Below, piece by piece: positions 47,580-60,511 of a DNA stretch of 64,000 bases. The stretch covers positions 186,001 to 250,000 of the forward strand of contig CBFDEM010000064.1 of the NCBI GenBank assembly GCA_965603825.1, in the 5' to 3' direction. A program made the position numbers and the translations under genes. The notes beneath the pieces were generated by a model. That model worked only from the letters and a program-made list of their open reading frames with translations, was not told where the DNA came from and made no database searches. The DNA is from Blepharisma stoltei ATCC 30299. Its lineage: Eukaryota; Protista; Ciliophora. The stretch's first letter is position 1. Every line of letters starts with the position of its first letter.

Positions 47580-49184
47580 CTAACTAGCATCTTCATGGTC
47601 TGAATCCCAGACTTCATCTAAGACTTCGCTACTTTCAGCATTTTCTTCTTCCATCGCGAGCCTAACATATTCAGCCAGCGCATATCTATCCCAGTCAGTG
47701 AAGTTTGGATTCTCAGTCTGCTCATGCTTTATAGTGAATGGGTCGCGCTGCTCATAATTCACAAATTTATTAAGATTCAGCAAGCAATTAAAAAATACAC
47801 CAGAAATCTGTTTCTGAGCTTTGAAATCCTCTATCTTGAACTGATTTTCAACCTTTGGCTTTATCATGTCAGCCATCTGGCAAAGCACATCTTTAAAAGG
47901 TACAGCTTCTTGATTTAAATATTCCAAACGATGGAGCTGTTCTTCATAGAAATATTCCATTTCATAAGCAGTGATAATGCAATTTTGGTCAATGTCAACT
48001 ACTTTAAATCAATACTCCAGCGATCTTATCGAAGTTTTATCTTCTTCATTTATCATGAACCATATGAAATCTTCGTAGTTCATTTTTTCAGGGATATCAG
48101 ACTTAAATTTCCTAGGAATTTGTTCAAAAATTCGGTCTATTGCTTTACGTGATAAAGTATGCCCGTCATATCTAGAAAAGTCTTCTTTATCGATGTAAAA
48201 GTCATGGTCTGTGTCTATTTCCCAGAATTTGCAGTATAAGACGTAGAAATGCTCATAGGAGAAATAATCTTTGATTTTATTAATGTCTTCTTCTTCGTCA
48301 AGAGACTGCATAATTTCAAGCAAATTGCTTCGTTTTAGTTCTCTCAGTGTAATTTTACCATCATCGTTGGTATCTATTACATAGAAAATCCTCTCCACAA
48401 CGGTGTCAGCATATCTGTCTTGGAACTCTGGAGTTGCCTTTAAAAAATCAAGGCCAGGGTGAGTATCCATGAGAATCCTCATCAGTGGCTTGAAATCATC
48501 CCTTTCAAAATAATTATTCTGTGGCTTTTTCAGAGTAGCAAATAGCCTTTGGATGGGTTTTTTCCCTTCAAATTCTGCTTTTCAAAATTTCAAGAACATT
48601 TGTTTGGTCACTGAATCTCTACCTTCTCCTGCAACCATCACAAACACTTTATTAACTAAAACCTTGGGCAACCCACATACATCTTTTACAACATTTACAA
48701 ATTCGTGTAATTTTAGAGACTCTTTTATAAAAGCTTGCTGAATGGCTTTCATGTCAGCGTCAGATTTTTCTACATCAATTGGTTTGCCTTTAGGAAAATA
48801 AAATTGAGGAATAGCCGGACGCACAGGAACTGGAGGTTCAGGCTTTGGCTGTTGAGGATTAGAAGTAATATGTAGACCATCAGGAGGCAAAGATACTGCA
48901 TGAGTAGAACTAAGCTTATATGATGCTGAAGGGGATAAGGGTGGAGCTAATGAAGAACGCTTAGGGGAGGATATTGAAGGAGAATTTGTTGTACTAATCC
49001 GGTTTTGGAAAATCGGGCTAGGATGTGTTTGAGATTCTGATAATGGACGGCCGGATTCTTCAATTAGTTTGTGGATTAATTGAGTAGTTGCAGGGATACT
49101 AAGTCAACGCAAGAAATTTTCATCTAGTTTTTTTTTAGCTAGCTCATATCTAACACTTTCTTTATAAGCAGAGAATGCTTCCAT
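47580..49184 (-). CDS. PP2A regulatory B'' (PR72/PPP2R3-type) EF-hand subunit
   Basis: One frame with TGA in KLDENFLR-W-LS, LKF-W-K and LEY-W-FK. IPQFYFPKG, THPGLDFL..TPEFQ.RY, YFSYEHFYVLYCKFWEIDTDHD, TDWDRYA. Confidence 0.94.
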
Positions 49185-49217
49185 AGAATTATTGGCATTT
49201 TGTGAAAAATTAACTTA

Positions 49218-50363
49218 TTAATTAAAGAAAGATGACAATGAGCTGCTTTTAAAGCCATCTAATAGATTTGCAACTCGAGAAAGTTCATCTTCAATCCATT
49301 TCTCATGAGATGGTATCATTTTTGCTGTAGGATGTGTCGGGTCTCTTGGTTTTGTGGTTCGTTTTCCTTTGAGTGCTCGTATAAAAATTGCGAAATTTCC
49401 TTTTTTGTCTTCTCTTACTTGCTCTTTTTCTTCGTTTATTATCAACTCGCTCATTTTCTCTTGTAAAATTTTGACTTCTTCTAGTAAAGACCTGATTTCT
49501 TCTTCTTTATCCTCGATTCCAGTTTCAAAAGGTGAAACGTGTACGATTTGGCAAGGAGAGTTCAAAACAAGTGGCAAAAATTTTGGCCTTCCAGCCATCT
49601 TTCGGCATTTTATACTATCTATATACATCAGCATTCAATCTCTATTATAACTTTTCGCAAAAACTAAACTCAAAGCGTCAAGCTTTACTTTTTTGAATTT
49701 TTTCAAAAAATAATAAAGCTTTTGGATTAAATAAAAAGAATTTTCCTTAAGCCTTTCTTTATCCAACCTACCTAAGCCATTCTTCATCGTTTTATTTTGT
49801 AGAGTTGGTGTAGGGCTTTGTGCTCGGATATTCGGTAAAGAGTTTCTAGAGGTTGAACTCAACTTTAAATTAAATTTTGGCTGGAAATTACAATGCTCAA
49901 TTTCGAAAGTTTTTTTTTTCCTGTTTCAGTTTGTTTTTATTAAATTTTCACTTGAAATGTATTGCTGAATAATTTTATTTCGAAATTGCAAATATGTCGA
50001 TTCGCTCACTATGGAATTTTCTGAAATTAACGAATAGGACTGAATTGTTGAATTTACCATATATTTAGCCTCAGCAACAGGGTTTGAAGTGTTTTCTGCA
50101 GCTTTGCCTCATTTTTTAGCAATTGAGTGAATTCCTTCTTCGTTTAATAAACTCTCAAAACATAAATCTCCATTTAGTTTATTGTGCATATAAGCATTGC
50201 TGGGAAACTTAAACCCAATAATAATTGTTTCAGGAACTTGTATATTCAGTGGTGCTACACTATTTAATTGAAATAAAGTTAAATAGCTTCATAGAAGTGT
50301 ATGGGATATTTCAGCATTTGAATTCTCAAAATTATTATACGGTTGAACTTCTTGGTATTCCAT
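49218..50363 (-). CDS. Uncharacterised protein, paralog A (381 aa; possibly ATP-grasp-like)
   Basis: Open from ATG 50363 to TAA with four TGA. Collinear with 53732-54847 (WSY.TLF.LNSV.PL...VPETII.GF...YMHN..G.LCFE; EL.RVANLLD). Confidence 0.85.
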
Positions 50364-51742
50364 TTTCAAAATTATTTTATTGATCCCTGTTTATTAGAAG
50401 AATCAACTTTTTAGCAGGATCATCTGGCCATTTGGCTTACGATAGGTACACAGAAAAAACTTTTGAATACTTTTCTAAAATCTGGCAATACATCTGATTA
50501 GAAAATTAAGCTCTATTCATTCATAAAAACTTAATGTAATGACAACTTAAAATATTTCAGTAAATCAAAAATATAAAAATTTCTGAGATTATATCAGAAT
50601 CCATTTTAGGCTGAATTCTAAGGCCATTAATAAGAAAAAAATTATTGAAAGAAATAAATTATCTATTCTTAAAAAATTTTTTTGTTGTTGATGGATTCAC
50701 CGTTTTAGCTTGTCAAAATTTGTCGTTCCCTAATTAATAGGGACAAAAACATATGAAATCATTAAAAAGTATTATAAAGGAGTGAAAAGATATAATTGCA
50801 ATATTTTCTAGTGGGCAAAAATTATTAAAAAGACTTTATATATAAACTAAAGAATTTAAATAAGTAAATACATTTTTATTTAATTTCCTGTTCTCATCTG
50901 ATGATAATATTATTAAAAAATTGAAATTTGATATTACAATAATAAAATGAAAGATCTTTATTACAAAATAACTGAGAAAAAAGGCAGCAAAATTAAACTT
51001 TTAGCTGGAGCAGCAAACACTTTTAAATTTCAATGGGTGTGAAAGCAGAGCTTTTGAATATACTTTTTAAAGATTGGCAATTCATCTGAAATAGAAAATC
51101 TAGCGCTCTTTCCTTTATAGAGCTAAATGTTAATTTATAATGTAAATTATCTTGAAAATCTTAGTTTGTTAGTTAATTTACTTTTAAACAATTGAATTTT
51201 ATATTATATATAAATTTGTATGATTGTTCTTAAATTTTCAAAGATTTGTCTCCTGATCTAGATATATAAACACTTAAAAATAAGAATGCATAGCTAGAGA
51301 AAATTAATTTTTTAATTTTGTGAATAACTTTGTGATATCTAAATCTCTCTGCTTTCTACTAAGCCAACAGTTTTGAGTCAAAAGCTTTTAAACAATAAAA
51401 GTGGAATAATTTTATTATCAATAAAGGAAGAAAGCAATATGGAACAATTTTTAGGGGGCATTAAATATAAATAAGAGGCACTAAAGCAGTTAAATCTATA
51501 CTTGGCAATGAGAGTTAATTGAAAGCATTTTAAGAACTATTTAAAAATGTATCAGACAGAGAAATATATTAATTTAGTGAAAAAATTCAAAATTTTAATA
51601 CTGCTATATAGTCATATGATGGGCTATTAATAAGTAAAAGAGAGTATTGATATTCTTTGAAGTAACGGAGAAGTCACAATATCATTTCAAGTAAAAGATG
51701 TTAAAGTTAGCACAATTATTGATTCAATTTTAAAATTTTAAT

Positions 51743-52997
51743 TTATCTTGGAGGAAAAAAATTCTCAACTTTTTCAGAGCATATTCCTCCATATTTACAC
51801 TCCAGCTGATTTCTCGGTACAATCTTAAGTAATTCATCCTTATAATTTTTATTTTTTAAGATCACTTTCTTCAAAAATGATTTCGTGAAAAACAAGCTCA
51901 AGGCTTTTCACAAAACCCTGATAAGTTTTGGAGTGTTTATCATGATCATTTTATCAAGTCTGCATGGATAATATAACGACATTTCATCAATTATGTGCTT
52001 GATTTTTGACCTTGGGTAACTAAAGGCATTCATCTTGTCTAAATCAACAATCAGTAGCCAAGTTTCTACCCTTCCAGGTATAAGTAACTTATTTTTTATA
52101 TACTTTAATAAAATATGGCAAGCTTTAACCAGCGCATGCATCTCAATTTTTGAGTCCTTGATTTTCTTCATATTGATAACAATAATTGGTCTCAGGTCTT
52201 TATCTCTACCAAAGGAATACATCATGCCTGAATTCTAATTAGTTAGTTACTAGTATTTTCTCAGATTCTTCATCAATCGAAATTTCTTTATTTTCCCATT
52301 CAATTATGGACTTTATCCTTTCTAATGTTTTTTGGAAATCTCTTCCAGTAGCATTTAAGCACTTTAAAGCTAATAAATCTCCTTCAAATATAGAATTTGG
52401 GATCTTGTCCTCATCATTAGACAGACCCAAAAAATACTTAAATCTTGATAAAACTCTTTCTTCTTCTGGGTCAAGCTTGACACCGCTGTAAATTTTTCTA
52501 ACCCCGTCTTTCATTATTTGTTCTGGGTCCATAACTTGCACTTTTTTATGCGCGGCTGATATAAACATTTTTTGAGAATTTCTGCGAGTTTCTCGAGGAG
52601 AAGCTATGGAGCGGCTTCTTCTTTTGCCATTTGGATCATTGATTTCGAAAGAATAGCTAAATTAAGAATACCTCATAGATCTATTTAAAAGAGAATTCTC
52701 GTCTTCGCTTTCATCATCTCCTCAGATAATATTTGTTGCTGCTTGTATTAAGGTGCAGTTAAATGTATTTGTATTTTTATCATAAATTTTAGGTTTATTT
52801 ACAGAAACTGTTTGTGTTCTGTTAGCATTTTCTTCTTTTGAGGAATAAAGGAATTCTTCTTCAAATGGGGATGAGGTTACCTTTGGGATTTGCTTTTTTT
52901 GATTGCTTTTTTGCTTAGAGGGACGGGCTATTGGAGTATATTTATTTTCTTCTTTGTCGTGAATAGGGAATATATCTTCATAGCTCTGAACGTCCAT
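51743..52997 (-). CDS. CRAL-TRIO (Sec14-like) lipid-binding protein with two tiny introns
   Basis: Spliced product reads EKILNSGMMYSFGRDKDLRPIIVIN...IPGRVETW..IVDL...YPCRL..M..INTP...W(TGA)...QLECKYGG. Introns at 52657-52671 and 52235-52250. Confidence 0.9.
52235..52250 (-). other. 16-nt intron (CRAL-TRIO gene)
   Basis: GTAACTAACTAATTAG; removal gives the frame change joining two track ORFs. Confidence 0.88.
52657..52671 (-). other. 15-nt intron (CRAL-TRIO gene)
   Basis: GTATTCTTAATTTAG; in-frame TAA. Confidence 0.85.
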
Positions 52998-53731
52998 AAA
53001 ATTCTTTATGGTTGAATAATTTACACAGAATTGTAAAGGAGCCAGGATGATATTTAATAAAAATATTAATAAAATAAGTCACAGGAGGGAAGCATGCTAG
53101 AGTTAATAACAATCAACTGTTTCGTTGAGACTTCCACTCATTTATATTCGATAAAATAGAATGATGGTAAAATTCTATATAAAAAAAATTAAATCTTATT
53201 TTAGGCTCCTGATGATCCTATTTGTTATATTAAATTAGCTTTCTTTTCATCATTTGTCGATTTTATTTTAAAATTGTAATAAAAAAAATCAGTGTGGAAA
53301 CTATAAAAACACTATTGATATTGAAATAATTCAGGCCAAGCTACAATAATAATTAAAAAAAACCAAATAGAAAAATTAAACTTTAAGCATGCTATTGAGG
53401 TAAATCAGAATAGATATGCCAAAAATCAGCCTTCATATCTAAAAATAGGCATTTTGCTAAAAAATTTTAACCATAACTGCTTCTGCTTATTAATTAATAA
53501 TTGTTTAATTAAAGTCAAAAAGACGAAATTTAAAAACGATTTCATGTAAATTAGTTTAATGATATATTAAGAATAAGCCTCTCAATATTCCTTTTATAAT
53601 TAGCTCAATTAATAATGCATAGATATACCAATATTTCATAATATTAGGACTCTTGAGAGTCGCTACAAGAAATTTTAATTTACAATAAAGTGAATTATAT
53701 AAACAGCTCAAAATTTTATACAAATAAATAA

Positions 53732-54847
53732 ATGGAACCCGATATATCCAAGATTATTCCATGCGCATCTTCAATTTGGTCATATTATACTTTATTTACT
53801 CTAAATAGTGTCTCTCCTCTTACTCTCATCGTCCCTGAAACAATCATAGTTGGTTTTGGATTTTCTTCTATAACATATATGCATAATCGTAGTGATGGAT
53901 CGTTATGTTTTGAAGAAATATCGAATGAAGCAACGATTAAACGGATCATAAAGAACTGAGACCAACCAAAGAGCAACGGTCAAGCTTTTGCAATAGTAAA
54001 ATATCTAGAAAATACAGTTGCCAAAATATTACCTTTAACTCCAGACCTGTCTTCCCTTGATGAACCAATTTTTTTACAAAATAGAAATAAAATAATTCAA
54101 GAAAATATTCATTTCCGAAATAGTTCAGAAAACCAAAAAATTAAAGTTAAATGAAAACGAAAACAACACTCCTTTGAATTTAAGATTAATAGTCCATTAA
54201 ATGATTTTTTAGCTGAGAGAGCACCTAATTCCTACTCACAAAGAACTTTAGCTACAACAAGAAGATCATCTTCGAGCTCAAGTATTGCATTAAGAAATGA
54301 TTGAATAAGAAAATCATATAAAGATTATCTAAAAAATTTGTCATCATATATCATAAGCAATCTTTACACGCTCATGAAAAAGTATTATAAAGAAAAGCTA
54401 AGCATGATAGAAATTAATTATGAACAAGGAAGCAATGGAGATTGATTTTTTGTGGATTTTGGAAAAAAATCACATAAAAGATTGAAAGGAAAAATAAAAT
54501 TAATAGATCCTCTATATAATACTCCATGCTTGTTTGTTGAGAAAAAAATTGTAATAAAAGAAGTTGAATCCAGACCACTTCTTGATGAATTGAAAAAATT
54601 GGAAGAAAAGATGAAAGAAATTATCAAAAAAAGGATTGATGAAGACACAAATAAGGCATCGTGCTATTCAGGATTTATAATGAATTTGAAAAGAAGAAAC
54701 TCAGCAGATCAAAAAGCTGAAAATGAAAAGTTAGGCTATAAAAATCGTTTGCGTTTTCCTACTAATGTTGACAGAGAGCTAACACGAGTTGCAAATTTAT
54801 TGGATAAATATAGAGATAATACAAAGAGTAGAAAATCAAGTGTTTAG
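53732..54847 (+). CDS. Uncharacterised protein, paralog B (371 aa; possibly ATP-grasp-like)
   Basis: Single frame with four TGA; ends in TAG; homologous to 49218-50363. Confidence 0.85.
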
Positions 54848-55072
54848 ATTGTTTTCGAAGATTATTTATTTTTTAATTAATAAATTTAAAACTTAATTTA
54901 TGTTTAGTTGAAAATTTAATATCTCATTTTTCTGTTAAAATCAAAAGTAAATGCATTTAAAATGTAACATCATCATTTTTAAATTATAAATTAATCTATC
55001 AACATACTTAATTTACATTGAATAACATTATTTATCTTCACTTGAATATGAAGCTACTCATTAATTAGGTGA

Positions 55073-56002
55073 TTAACTTAACGGGTGTTTAAACTGAACA
55101 ATAATTGCAGTCATATTATCGCAGCCTAGCCCTGCATTCGCCCCCACACTTGGTGCAAGGCATCTATCAAGCATTTCTTCAATGATTTGCTGCAAAGGTT
55201 TAGTATTGATTCTTTCTCTAACGAAGCTCACACACTGCTGTGACGTAAGCATATCCCACACCCCATCGCATGCAAGGACCATAAATTCATCATTAGGAGT
55301 AAGGGTTTCTCTTCTAATATCTGGGTAAGCACTTATAATTTGATCTTTTGGTGGAATAGACCGATTTTGCTTATATTCTAAATCCCCGATGCATCTGCTT
55401 AGGTTTAAATTTCCCATAACTCTCCCATCTTCCACGTTCCCACCTGCTCTGTAAATTCTGTTTTTTTCTTCAGGCATGTCTGGCTTATGATCAATAGAGA
55501 GTTCTACTGCTTGTCCATTTCTGCACAGCACACATCTAGAGTCTCCTGCATTTGCTACGTATAGTTCATTCCCTTTAATTAATGCAGTCACTGCTGTACA
55601 TCCAGCTTGGATTATCATATCATTAGCATTAACTGGGGTGCTATCAGGTAAATCTTTTGAAATCCTCACAAGTTCTTTCATGCCATCTTGGGTGACTTGC
55701 AGCTCATCTAATCGCAAATAAGTCTCTTGTAGTGCAAGATCAATACGACCTTGGCGATAATTAGCATTTTGAAGCAGCTCCTGGCTCAAATGCCGAGTTA
55801 CGAATTGAGCAACTTCATGTCCACCGTGCCCATCATATACTCCAAACAGCTCAGATGAGGCATCGAAGTTAATATTTGTGATTTTCGCATCCTCCATTGT
55901 CATGCGCCAGCCTTGCATGTCAGAAGCTGCATAGCGAACGCGAGAGTTTTCAGAAATTTGGGTGCGCTTTTCTGTGCGAGGAGCAGATAAATAAGGTCCC
56001 AT
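55073..56002 (-). CDS. PP2C/PPM-family protein phosphatase
   Basis: MGPYLSAP, MQGWR.TMED, YDGHGG, NAGDSR, DHKP, LSRCIGD, LACDGVWD, GCDNMT. Confidence 0.97.
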   Translation of the reverse strand: MGPYLSAPRTEKRTQISENSRVRYAASDMQGWRMTMEDAKITNINFDASSELFGVYDGHGGHEVAQFVTRHLSQELLQNANYRQGRIDLALQETYLRLDELQVTQDGMKELVRISKDLPDSTPVNANDMIIQAGCTAVTALIKGNELYVANAGDSRCVLCRNGQAVELSIDHKPDMPEEKNRIYRAGGNVEDGRVMGNLNLSRCIGDLEYKQNRSIPPKDQIISAYPDIRRETLTPNDEFMVLACDGVWDMLTSQQCVSFVRERINTKPLQQIIEEMLDRCLAPSVGANAGLGCDNMTAIIVQFKHPLS

Positions 56003-56243
56003 TTATATAAATTTGGCAAAATAAAATGACTGAAGTGCAAGGATAGAAAAAGCCACAGAGCCAAATAAGACATGTAAATAGCACAAAGAATTTTCACTCA
56101 ATCCCATTTGTTACACCTATATTGGATAGGCATAGATTATATACCGTTGCAGAAACCTTAAGAAATTCAATAAACATTAGTTCACCAATTTCTTATTTGA
56201 CAAAAGTTAATTTGAAATTATTTGAATGATTAAAAATTGTTCC

Positions 56244-58418
56244 TTACATTACGATTATTTTGTTCCTTTCAAGACCTCCTTCGATCAAAAGCCCCTTAAT
56301 GAAATCATTATATCCTGAAGGTCCACAGATCCAGGCGTTACTTGCTTTCATTCCTGCATATTTCTTAACCAAATCAGGGAAACTCATTTCTTTTGCTTGC
56401 TTATCAATCACAGGGATGAACTTGAACTTGTCTTCTCCCAAAGCTCTTGAGGTAGCCTCCAGTATATCAAAGCAGAAGGAGTCTTCCTTTGTTCTGAATG
56501 ACGCAAATAATGTAAAGCTCATAGGCAGAGGCTGGTCTTTTGTGGACCACAAAAGATAAGCAACATCCAAAAATGGAATTAATCCAGTGCCACCTGCGAA
56601 GCCTAAATAATTTCCAGAATAAGCATTAAGCATTAGGCCAGGGCCCAAAGGTCCTTTTAATTGAAGCTCGCCACTATCTCCTTGATTATGCATATGCTGA
56701 GTCATTTTCCCTTTTGCGTAAACTCTATATATAAGTTGAATGCTTCCTTTTTTGCATTCTGGGAATTTAGAAGAAAGGTTTAGCTCAGATGCCCAACTGT
56801 GTAGGTCTGCAAAAAATGCACTATAATACCTTGAAGTTAAGGTCCCACCAATTTTTGCGGTTACTTTAAAATGCTTTCCAATCCAAAACGGCTCCTTAAT
56901 GTTCTGGCTCATTTGAAAATGAGGTGAGGAAAGAGAAATTATCTTTGTGCTAGGATTTAGCTCTTGCTGGAAATTGATTTTCCAGTTCATGTGGTTATTG
57001 TCTCCAGAAGAATCTGTTGCATCTAAATATCCCTCAGGATATGGAACTCTTGCTATTGCTAACTTTTTGGTATAGTCAAGTGCAGGTCTTGAATGAGCGT
57101 ATGGGAGTAGGTCTCCGTTTGTGCTTGAGCATCCGACTAAGTACTTTCCTGCATCTTCTCCAATTGCATCTTCAAGCATAAAGCCACCTCCTGGATGTGA
57201 AGTAATAAAATGCTTCACATTCATCACCAACTCATCGTAAAACATAATTTTGGCATTTTTTTCGACGATCATATCCATAGCTTCTTTATGGGTCATAGCA
57301 GGAAGTGTTCTTCTGCATAACAAGCCAGCCCACCAATAAGAAATTTGGTGCCTAACTTCGAAAAGAGCCCATATCCCTAATACAATCCCTAATCCAGCAT
57401 GGTAAAGAGAGGCGCTTGAAAAGATATCCCAACCATATGAATTATTCAAAAGTCCTCCAATTACCATGCTATATCCAGTAACTTTATGGATTCTTCGGAT
57501 TTGAGAAATCAATCCAAAGTGAGAAGACTTAGATTGAAGAAATCCACAAATCAAGCCCATAACTCCTTGCCCAACAACTAGGAAGGTTAAGCAAAGCCCT
57601 AGTCTTGAGTGATGCCTTGGTTTGCTAGTTCCTTGGATATATGGTGTCTCATGTGCATGATAAGTCAGTGAAACACTTATAATTGTAGCTGCAACTGCGA
57701 CTCCCAGTAAAATTAGGTGACAGAAATACCAACACCTCCAGTGTTTGCAGTATCTAGCAATAGCAATGCCAATAGGTGCTAGAATCAGCCAGCAAACTGT
57801 CATAACAAGACCATGCATGCCAAATCCTTCATGGTCACTGTCCTCTGTAGAAAAACTTGCATCTTCTTTTCTTGTAGTAAATTTAATTGTTCCCTGAGAA
57901 TAGTCGCTATGTTCTTTAAACCCTGCATTTGCATTATTAGAATCTCTGAGGTAAGCCCAGTTAATCTTCATTTTTCTTCCTGGTATGATAACTGTATCCC
58001 AGATATCTCCTGTATCTAAAAGTCTTTTGAAAATGACGTTGATAAATCCTGAGCTTCCTGTTGTATTGCTAGGATAATAGTATCCGTATTGTTCGATAAT
58101 ACTATACTCGCCATTCCAATACTCAGAATCTGCCTTTGGGGTGTCATGGTTTTCAGACCATAAGTCTAGCATTGAGGCTTTAATAGTAGATGAGCCGCCT
58201 CCAACAGCTACATACATATCGCTCAGATACATTGTGTTTGATAAGCCAATGCCACACCAACTTGCTTCACACTAAATAATGCTTACGAGGAACTGGAATG
58301 TTATGTACTCCCCACTTATTTCCCAGCCTAGGGTCATATATTTGTCCAAAGCCTGATATATGAACCCGGTAATGGGACTTGAGAAAAACCATAGTAATGC
58401 TAATAGTGATTGCTTCAT
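56244..58418 (-). CDS. Signal peptide-DOMON-cytochrome b561-cytochrome b5-FNR(FAD/NAD(P)H) fusion oxidoreductase, copy 1 (719 aa)
   Basis: ATG 58418; intron 58272-58286. WCGIGLSNTM..SDM and KRLLDTGD..D..I...INWAY...EH (DOMON); four TM His; HPGG/AHS (b5); RYYS, GKMT, GPLG, AGGTGLIPF, ICGP (FNR). Confidence 0.9.
58272..58286 (-). other. 15-nt intron (DOMON fusion copy 1)
   Basis: GTAAGCATTATTTAG; in-frame TAG; same position as in copy 2. Confidence 0.92.
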
Positions 58419-60511
58419 TTATAAGAATGTAACGCGTTTTGCAAAAAAATGCTTTAACGCATGGATCACTGGTGGGATAAAATGGCAATTCTTAGTGATC
58501 TCAGGAATGAAATCTTTCCAATTATATTTTAACTTTTAATTCTCAAAGCAGAAGTAAGGTTAAATGTGACCAGAGCCAGCTTGAACTGATTTTTGTGAAA
58601 AATGAAAAATTTTGACTAATTTGAGCTAATTCAATAAGAAATGCTAAAGAAAGTCTTTTTTTGGTATAATTGATACTTTTAAGTGGTTTAGTTAATTAGT
58701 TAAAGCTAAAACAAATCATGATTGATTAAATTAGTTGATAATTAAAAATATTATTATTTTTGCATCATCTCTGGTGTTTAATTGTTTTTTAAGTCAATAT
58801 TAAAGTAAGTCTAGGTGTTTACATTACTTATCATAATAAGTAATTTATATATTATCTTCGATGGTCTCCTATTAAAGCGATTAACTTTCAAATAAATTAT
58901 ATTTTTGCTTTGAAAAGCAAGAAGAATTTTTAAAAATTAGTTAATAAAACGATATAAATATCAATTTTTACTTAAACCCTCATTAAGACTTCTTAATCTA
59001 TATGAGACCTCCTTGTAAATAATATCAAAGCTGTGTGCATTGTTCAATTCTTAAATATTTTGAAACCATTTTTTATTATGCAGTCAAAAGAAACACTCCT
59101 ATGCCTGGAACTCAAGTCTAACTATCTATTTTATAGCAATAATTATTAAAGATATCAAAGATAAATGCTTATCAATTATAATCATATTTGCAAAGATACT
59201 GCATGTTGTGTCTCTTATCATAGTGCATAAAATTATAATATAAAAAAAATTCAATAAAATAAAACATTATATAATTGATTAAACGATGGTTCGTTCAATC
59301 AAGGAAATATGATTTAAAAAGAGAGGCTCGGCAATTAATTTAATTTATACTCATCTAATTAGCACAAAAGCATTTTAATGCTGGAATAGTAAGCATTTGC
59401 TTTCCAAAGATTCATGATAACTTTATTGGATATTTTTCTAGTTCTATTCTTGAGTTTCGGTAAGTATTTTTAAGATAAGGAAAGCATACTTCTTTTTTCG
59501 ATCTCTTATATAAAAATTTAATTTGCATAAGGTAAAAAAAATATTGAGATAATAGTTTTTCATTCAGTTGCGTTTATAAAAAGATGCTATTTTTTGAGAA
59601 AGAAACCTTTGTTAATACCTTTATCCAAATTACTTATAGATATCGACTTATAAATTTTAATTGCTTTTCATAATATCTAGATTTATCTGCAAGAAAGAAA
59701 TTGGATAATAAAGCCTAAAATTCTTTCAAAATTTATAACATAGCTAAAAGTTTACATTTTCAATAGAGGATAGAATTTAACCACACAGCCTTTCAGCCAT
59801 TTATGTCTGCTTTGATCTGTAATGAACCCAGTAAACATTTATACCTTATCTATAATTTTCTCCAAAATCTACCAAATGCCAAGAGTTCTCACTTGACTCT
59901 CTCTTCTCTCCTAGTTTTATTCAGTCTAAATTGTTCTGATGTGAAGAATAACTCGATGCATAATTAAGATATTGCTGTTGCAAAAAGAAAATGTTTTAAA
60001 AGTCCAGAATAGAGCAGGTAATTATACGACGAAAATAATGGGACTCATTAAAGACAAGAGCGAACTATTTGGAAACTGTTGCTAAATTTATGATAAGATT
60101 TCATGCAAGATCTACTGATATAGATTTATTCATGCTACTTATAGGAGAAACTTGATAAGCAATCATTTCAGAGGCTAATCAGAATTCAACTTAAAGAAAT
60201 TGATGAAAGGTAGAGGACCTAATGAGCCTAATAAATATGGGGTTTTTTATTTAGGAGATGATGCAATCAATTTTACAACGAACCTAGGATTTAGCTTAGA
60301 AATTAATTATTCGATGTGTGACACTTTTAATCATTATCGGCAAAGAGTGGCCCATTAGCTTTATATGCATCATTCTGTATGTTGAAGCCTACTTTAATAA
60401 ACTTCTATTCTTTTATTATTTTTACTCGCCATTACAATAATCAATAAAATACATATTTAATCAACACATAATTACTGGACGATTTATCTAATTTTTCATT
60501 CTATATTAACA

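Noticed and set aside
58419-60511. Shared or palindromic regulatory repeats between the divergent DOMON genes
   Set aside because: The proximal upstream sequences of the two copies show no evident similarity.
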